Shown here one piece after another: positions 56,220 to 64,000 of a DNA stretch of 64,000 nucleotides; position 1 is the stretch's first letter; the number at the start of each line of letters is the position of its first letter. The stretch is from assembly GCA_028826165.1 (NCBI GenBank), contig JAPDFW010000104.1:1-64000 (forward strand), read 5' to 3'. Both the position numbers and the translations under genes were made by a program. The notes under the pieces were generated by a model that worked only from the letters and a program-made list of their open reading frames with translations, made no database searches and was not told the origin of the DNA. Origin of the DNA: Anaeramoeba ignava BMAN (Eukaryota; Protista; Anaeramoebae).

Positions 56220-57741
56220 ATGATCAATTTTTTATTATATTTTTGTTTATTTTCAATTATTTTTTCACTTCCAGTAAATTTTGATTGGAGAAATATTAAT
56301 GGAATTTCATATTTAACAGCAATAAGACAACAAGTATTTAAAATAAATAAAAAAAAAAAAAATTTAAATAAAAAATTTATTAATTTTTTTTTCAAAATTT
56401 TAAACTTTAAAATTAGCATCTCCCTCAAGTAAAAATATTTATTTTAGTTTTTTACTTTAATTTCCTTTATTTAAATTTTATTTAATAATAATAAAAATCT
56501 TATTAATTTTTTAGTATGTAATTTAATAATTATTTCCAAAAAGAACCAAAATTATTTCTTTTTTTAAAATTTAAAATGATTTAATTTTAATTATTTATTT
56601 TTATATTATATTATTTTAGTGTGGATCATGTTGGGCATTTAGGTAAAATTATATAAAAAATAATTATAAAAAATTATAAAAAAAATTTATGAAAAAAAAA
56701 TAATTTATAAAATTATTTATAAAAAAAATAAAAAGTACAACAAGTTCTTTAAATGATCGAATTAAAGTAAAATAAAAATAAAAATAAAAATAAAAATCAA
56801 TTTAAAAATCAAATCAAAAAATTTTAAATAAAAAATAAATAAAAATCGGATAAAAAAATTTTAAAATAAAAAATAAATGTAAAAAAAAAAAGATCAAAAG
56901 AAATAATACAGAACCAGATATTTATTTAAGTCCACAACATCTTTTAAATTGTGCACCAAGTGTAGGAACTTGTTATGGAGGATATGTTTGGCTTTTAATG
57001 CCTTGGATTCAAAAAAACGGAATTGTAGATGAAACTTGTAAAAAATAAAAATAAAAAAATAATAATAAAAATAATAATAAAAATAAATTATTTATAATAA
57101 AGGTTCTCCTTATCAAGCTATTGATAAAGAATGTACACCAATTAATACTTGCAAACAATGCTTTGGATTTAATAAAAATTGTACAGTTATTGAAAATCCT
57201 ACAAAATATTATATTTCAGATTGGGGTCAATTAAATGGAGAAGAAGAAATGATGAATGAAATTTATAAAAATGGGTATTTTATATTTATTATTAAATTTA
57301 AAATTAAATTAAGAAAAAAGGTGAAGAAAAAAGTGTCAAAAAATATTAAAAGAAAAAAATTTTAATTTTAATTTAAAATTTAAATTAAAAAGTCCTATTG
57401 TTTGTGGAATTGCTTGTCCAGAAGCATTAGATAATTGGGATCAAGGAGATGAAATATTTTATGATAAAACTGGTGCTAATTCACTTGAACATTGGATTTC
57501 TGTTGTTGGTTGGGGACATGATGATGAATCAAATCTTGATTATTGGATTATTAGAAATAGGTTTTTTTTAATTTTTTTTAATTTAAAATTAATTTAATTT
57601 TTTTAATTTTTTATTTTATTTTTTAGTTGGGGAAGTCAATGGAATAAAAAATATGGTGGATTTTTTAATTTAGTTAGAGGAATCAATAATATTGGAATTC
57701 AAAAATGGTGTTATTATGGAAATCCTATTGTGAAAGATTAA
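56220..57741 (+). CDS. CTSZ: Cathepsin X/Z-like papain-family (C1A) cysteine protease, 9 exons
   Basis: Exons 56220-56333, 56417-56428, 56515-56517, 56620-56642, 56736-56766, 56893-57037, 57103-57274, 57393-57560 and 57627-57741 give LPVNFDWRN..RQQHLPQYCGSCWAFS..LNDRIKIKR..GPIVCGI..EHWISVVGWG..YWIIRNSWG. Confidence 0.9.
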
Positions 57742-57823
57742 GTTCAAATTCAAATTCAAATTCAATTTTCAAATTTCAAATTTCAAATTTCTTTTTTTAA
57801 TAAAAAGGAAGAAAAATTTCAAT

Positions 57824-60800
57824 TTAAAATTGTTCTTTTTTTCTTTCTTCATAACATTCATCACATATTCTAACTTTTGTGAAAATATTTAAATCAATTA
57901 ATTCTTGTTTATGATTACTACATTTAGCACAAACAGCTTTTTGACATGATTTACATTGATGTTTTAAAACTTGTGAATTAAATTCAATTCCACAAATTGA
58001 ACAATTTTTAAAACTTTGGAAATCAAAAACTTTTTGTTCATATTTTTTATCAGGAAGACTCCATTCAATAATTTTCCCTTTAGAATTTCCAGTATAAAGA
58101 TATTTATTACTTTTTGAAACTGATAAAGCTGTAATTGGTGAATCTGAACAAACTAATTCCCAAAAAACACTCATTGTTTGATTTGTATCATTTTGAATAA
58201 AATTGTTATTAAAATTATTATTGTTATTATAAGTTGGTTTCCAAAAACGAACAACTCCATCATAATGTCCTGTTAAATAAACATGTTCATCACAAAATTG
58301 AGATTTATTACTCATTCCTAATGATGTTATTTTTTGTGATAAATTATCCATTGGTTTTGATTTTCCAATTAAATTTCCATTCAAATTCCAAACAACAATT
58401 CTTGAAAAAGAACAAACAACAATTTCTCCACTAATTTCATTAATTTGAATAAATTCAGGATGATGTTGTAATTCATATAAATATCGAATATATCTCAATC
58501 TTTTAAGATCCCAAATATGACAAGTTAAATCTTTTGAACCTGAAACAATTATTGAATGAGCTTTTGAAATTGCCAAACTTGTAATTTTCTTGGTATGTCC
58601 TGTTAATCTAGATAACAATATCAATGGTTTTGATTGATGTTCAAATTTCCATACATTTACACAACAATCTCCTCCTCCTGTAACAATAATATCTCCACAT
58701 ATTGCTAATGATGTAATTTTGTCATTGTGAATTTGTTCTTGAATAAAAACTGTTTTCTTTTCTTTGATATCATAAGTTCTAAGTGTTTGATCTGAATAAT
58801 TCCATTTGTAAATGATGTTTAAATTTTGTGGAAAAATTGTTTGTTGAAATTGTGCAAATGCTACTTGATTCTCAATTCTTTGTATTTGATAAATAGCTTT
58901 TCCATGTTGAAAAATTACTTTACTATCTAAAAATTTTGGGAATGAATAAAATTCTGGATTGTATTGTTTTATTCTTCGTTTTTTATGTTTTTCTATATTT
59001 ATCATTTTTTGGGAATTTATTCTTGTTTTGTTAATTTCTTCAATATATTTATCAATCCAATTACAAATTTTGGAACATATTATTTTGTTTTCTAATCCTT
59101 TTCGATTCGTTTTAATAAATTCAATTGAATTATTTCCACTCCATTTAGGTAATTCAACATTCCCAATTAAATTTTCTTTTTGATTTGGAAATTTTAATTG
59201 ATTTATATTTTGTAAAAATTCTGGAAAATTATAAAATTCTGGAATTATTCCATTTAATTTCTTTTCTTGTGTAAAATAATTAGGAATTGATTTAAATAAT
59301 TCTTCTTGGAATTGATTAAAAGAATATCTGAAAACATTTGGGAAAATTCTAATCAAAAGATTTAATACTAATTTTTGTGTAATTTTTGAACTAAAAATTT
59401 AAATTAAAATTAATAAATTTAAATTTAAATTTAAGTTAAATATTTTTTTTACCTAATTTCTTCTTCATTTGATTTTTTTAAATTAACATAACTTTTGCGA
59501 TTATTTAAATCAATTTCTAAAGAATTATAATTTTTGAAAATTATTGGAAAGATAAAATATTGTGAAAGATCATTGTAAGATCTTCCTAATAAAGTATTAA
59601 TTTGCATTAAATATTTATAATTTGTTATCATTCCATTTCTCCATTTTTCAGTATCAATTTTATATTCTGTTAATTCTTTTTGGATATTTTCAATAGAATT
59701 TGTTTCTTGATTTGTTTCTTGATTTGATTTTGATTTACATTTAGAAACCATTTGACAAATCATTTGATAAATTGAATCAAAATCATTTTCTTCAAAAACT
59801 AAATAAATTGTTTTTCCTCTTAAAGTAAATATTTCAAATGATATTTCTTTATTTGAATAAATTCTTGGAAGTATTTTGATAATATCATTAAATTTAATGC
59901 AAAAATATCGAATTTTACGATGTAATCTTTCAAGATTTGATAAATAATAATGAATTAGATGATGTTTCTTTTTTTTATCATCATTTTCATTTTGAATTTG
60001 ATTTTGATTTTGAATTAAATTTTCATTAATATTCTTGATTCTAAATTTGGAATAATCAACAAAATACATTTCTGTTTGTGATAAAAGTAATCTCGATTTA
60101 TAACAATAAATTCCTGATACTCTCATAACTTGTATCATTTTTTCTATCTTTTTGTTTTGTTTAATTTCTTCTATCATTTCTTTGAAAATTATTTTCCAAT
60201 TTTTCAATTCATCTTGTTTCGGAAATCTTGGGAATATTGGTATTAATTTACTTCTTGTTCTTTCTGGTCCTTCATTCTTATCTAATTTGTAATGTGGTTT
60301 TTCAATTCCAAATGCTTTTTTACATTTTGAAAAAATAGTTCTTTCAAAATGAAAATTTTTTCTTTCTTTTTTCCATGAAATGTATAATTTATAATTTTGA
60401 TAAATTTGTTTTTGTTTTCTTGTTTTATCTTTTTGAATTAAATTTTGAATTGGATATAAATTTTGGATTTGATTTAAATTTTCATTTTGATTTAAATTTT
60501 GATTTGGATTTGGATTAAGTTTAATAATAACTTCTTGTTCTTTTTGAATTCTTTGTTTAATTCTTTCAAATCCTGGTTTTTGATTAATTTCTCTTGTTTC
60601 TCTAATTTTTTCTTGATATTCTTCAATAAATTGTTTCAATTTATTTGAATCATCAAAAGATGTTGAAAAATTATCAAATAAATTTTCTGTTGTTTTTGAT
60701 GTTTTAAAACAAAATAATGTTTGAATTTGTTTTGAATGTTTGGAAATTAATTTTTTCCAAATAATTTTAGAATTTTTGGAAATTTTTTTAATATCACTAA

Positions 60801-63800
60801 GTAAAAAATCCCACATAAAATAACAAAATGATGAAAGAAAATCTGAATAGGAATTTTGTAAATTGATAATAATTTCAATGTGTTCAATTATCTTCTTGAT
60901 TATTAGAATTAATTTATCATTATTTTCAATATTTGTAAAATCATAAACTTGATATCCTTGATTTAAATTAATGCTTTGATTTTGTCCAAAATTAATAATG
61001 GAATTAAAACTTGAAATTATGAAATGATCAAGTTTTTGATAAATTCTATTAAGTAATTCATCTTGTCCAATTTTTTGTTGTTTTAATTCACTTGATATAT
61101 ATTTTGGATCTCCTTTAATTTTACTATTACTTTTGTTTAATTCTTGTGAATATTTCTTATTTCCTTGAATGATAATTTTAAGTAAACAAACAAATAAATC
61201 AATACAAATAACATTTTCTTCTAAAAATCCTTCTTGACTAATAAAAGAAATGAATTTGAATAAGTTTATCAAAAATTGATTGTTTTTTTGATAAATTGGA
61301 TATTTTTCATCATTTTGAAGTTTCTGAATCAAATAATAAAGAATTTCATTTCGTAATTTCTTTTGTAAATTTGTTTTGGAATTAAATAATTCATAAATAA
61401 CTGTTAAAAAGGAATTTATTTGTTGTGTTTCTTCAAGAGTTTGAATTATAATATCTGTTGTAAAATCTTCAATTTGATTTATAATTTCATTTTTGAATAA
61501 AATATTTTTTTCTTCATTTTCATTTTCATTTAAATTGATAAAATGAGAAGATATTAATGGAATTGAAATGAATAAATTGAGAAATTGTTGTTTTCTACAA
61601 TATTCTTTAAATTGTTTTGAATAATTTAAAACTTTTTTGAAAAATTTAAAGCTTTCATTTATAACTTTGAAATGAAATTCATTTCCTTTAATTGGTTTTA
61701 TTTCTTTTTCTTGATTATCATTAATTTCATTTGTTTTGGAAATTTCAATTTCTAAATAATGTTTATAATTTTCTGATAAAAGTGGAATTAAAATTTGAAT
61801 AAATGAAGTTGAATAAATTTTGATTTGTTTAGTTTTCAAATTTAAAGATTTTTCCAAAAGTTTTTCAATAACTTCATCATCAAATTCTTGTGTTTGAATA
61901 ATTTCATTGTTTGGAATACCAAGAAATAAACAGAAAATCCAATAATAAATTGCTGAAACATCAAGGAAATTTTTGAATTTTAAAATACAATTTTCTATTG
62001 ATGAATTATTACTTATAAATTTGTTGAGATTGTTATTTTTCAATAAGAGAATTGATTGAATATTTAAAATATTGAGTAATATTGGTATTGGTGTTTGTTG
62101 ATTCAAAAGTAATAATCCCCAATCAATTCCAAATACATTAAATGTAATTTCATTCATTTCTGGTTTTCTTGAGTTTTTAATCAATTCATTGCAAAATTTC
62201 AAAATAACATTTAATAATAAATAATTGATCTTCTCTTTTCTTGTTAATTCTTCAATTTTGGTTTTTGGTTTTTGGTTTGTATTTCCAGTATTTATTGCAA
62301 TAAAATTTGCAATAATTTCTAATTCTTCTTTTTTGATTCTAGATTCATTGATAATAATTTTTTGAATCAAATCAATACAAATATTCACAATAACAAATTT
62401 ATTTGTTTCTGTATCAATTAAATCCAATAACATTTGAATTAAATTAATTTTTGATAATTGTTCAATATTGAAAATAGATTTGGGATTATTGGAAATTAAG
62501 GAATCAATGTTACTGAAAATGGTTTTTTGAACTTCTTCTTTGAATTGAATAAAAACATTTTTTTCAAGAAGTGTTTTTAAAATTGCAAGATGAATTACAA
62601 CATTTGAATTTGGATTATCATTTACTGTGTTTTTAATGCAAATTAATTCAAATAATAATTGAATATTCTCAATACAAAATAATTTTGCTTGTTTTTTAAG
62701 TGCATAATGGAATAAATTTAATGAATCAAATTCAATAGATTGATTGAAATTTATTGCGTTTGATTTCACCAATTCGTTAAATAATAAAATATAATGTGTT
62801 AATTCATTTTCATCTTTGGCATTTTCAAATAATAAAAACATTGTGGAAAGTGAATTAATATCATGGAATTGAAGAATAAATCCTTTCTCACTGTAAACAG
62901 TTACATTTCCTGCAAGAATACATAGCATATCTCCTGTTTCTTGGTTATCTGAAAGATTAATAAGAACATCTTTTTTCTTTTTATTAATTTTCTTTTTATC
63001 ACAATGATAAGCATCAAATGCAAATAAAATATTTTCTTTTTTCAATGGAAGAGAAGAAGGTGAAAATCCAAATAATCCAAAATTGTTTATAATTTCTGAA
63101 TTTTTGTTGAGTTGATTGAAACAATCTGAATTTAAATTCGAAAATGATAATTTGGGAAGAATTGAATTATCCAAAAAAGATCCATGATAAAAATTTGATT
63201 CCATAAGATAAAGTGTTGTTGCATCAAGAGATGAAATTGTGTTTGTTTGAATGTAAATTTGTGATATTCTCCACATTAAATCATAAGGTTGTTTTTGTCT
63301 TGATAAAGTTCCAAAATGCATTTTAAAAGGTAGTATTGAAGATGAAGGATAAGGTGCTTTACATTCTTGACAAAAACATCCATTAACATATAATTTAGCA
63401 ATACTTTGTGATATTCTTGAATGTGAATGTGTTAAAACCAAATGATACCATTTTCTTTGTTCGAAATTAAATTTATCAAAACATGTAAATGTTTGAATTG
63501 ATGTTCTAAGATAAAATTTATCACGTGAAATAAATCCTGATGTTACAGATTGTTTATCTTGATTTTGCAATGAAAAGATTCGGATTTGATGTGAATATTT
63601 ATCTTTCATTTTTCTTTTGTTATAATCAAAATATATCCAACATGAAAAAGTATATCCATTTTGTGGTGGCCAAAGTTTAGGATTTAATGAATCAATATAA
63701 ATATTCCCATATCCTGATTCTCTCATATCAAATTGTAAAAATCTTGGTGTGTTTCCTTTTCTGATTATATCAAGAAGTATTCCAAATAATGAATTTGGAA

Positions 63801-64000
63801 GTTCATTTGGTTTTGGAAGAAATGAAATGAAATGTTTTAAACTTGAAATTGATGAACAATATGGTTGAACATTTTGGATAATTTGGAATAAAATGGTTCT
63901 GAAATTAGATGGTTGTCCTATTAAAATTGAATGAAATTTTTTGAAAATGATGATACAAGTTTGAGCTTTTCCAATTTTTCTAATGTTTTTAATGTGTTTT
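57824..64000 (-). CDS. BEACH-domain protein (ConA/LamG, ARM, PH, BEACH, WD40, FYVE; WDFY3/LvsA-like); 5' end lies outside the window
   Basis: WPPQNGYTFSCWI, LDKNEGPERTR, WRNGMITNYKYLMQINTLLGRSYNDLSQY, IPEFY, VELPKW, WD40 GH..WD repeats and a terminal 8-Cys finger; intron at 59391-59452. Confidence 0.88.

Overview
This is a very AT-rich eukaryotic (protist) window with short GT-AG introns, the standard genetic code, Asn-Gln/Asn-Glu repeat proteins and a TTTCATTTT initiator-like motif before almost every gene. These traits suggest an Anaeramoeba/parabasalid-like metamonad, which is inference only. Genes in order: a giant RNF213/mysterin-like AAA+ ATPase running off the left edge, Mrd1/RBM19, a glycerol-3-phosphate acyltransferase, NAD(P)HX dehydratase, importin-alpha, a double-PHD protein, a DHHC palmitoyltransferase, tRNA-Lys(CUU), a cluster of seven BTB genes (four RCC1-BTB-BTB, BTB-TLDc, BTB-ARM, Ras-BTB-BTB), a cathepsin X/Z-like protease, and a BEACH-WD40-FYVE gene running off the right edge. 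The top candidate for a new system is a 3.4-kb DNA transposon (36637-40033) with an ATAT target-site duplication, GAG...CTC ends and a Sola2-like DDD transposase. It carries, and is probably spliced to, a USP (C19) deubiquitinase with an intact catalytic triad. Other highlights are RCC1-BTB paralogues with hypervariable propeller loops and a CaaX tail, and a cathepsin X with no propeptide and a 3-nt micro-exon. Many ORF breaks fall in homopolymers or simple repeats and look like long-read consensus errors, so pseudogene calls are uncertain. All calls come from motif recognition by eye; no searches were run.
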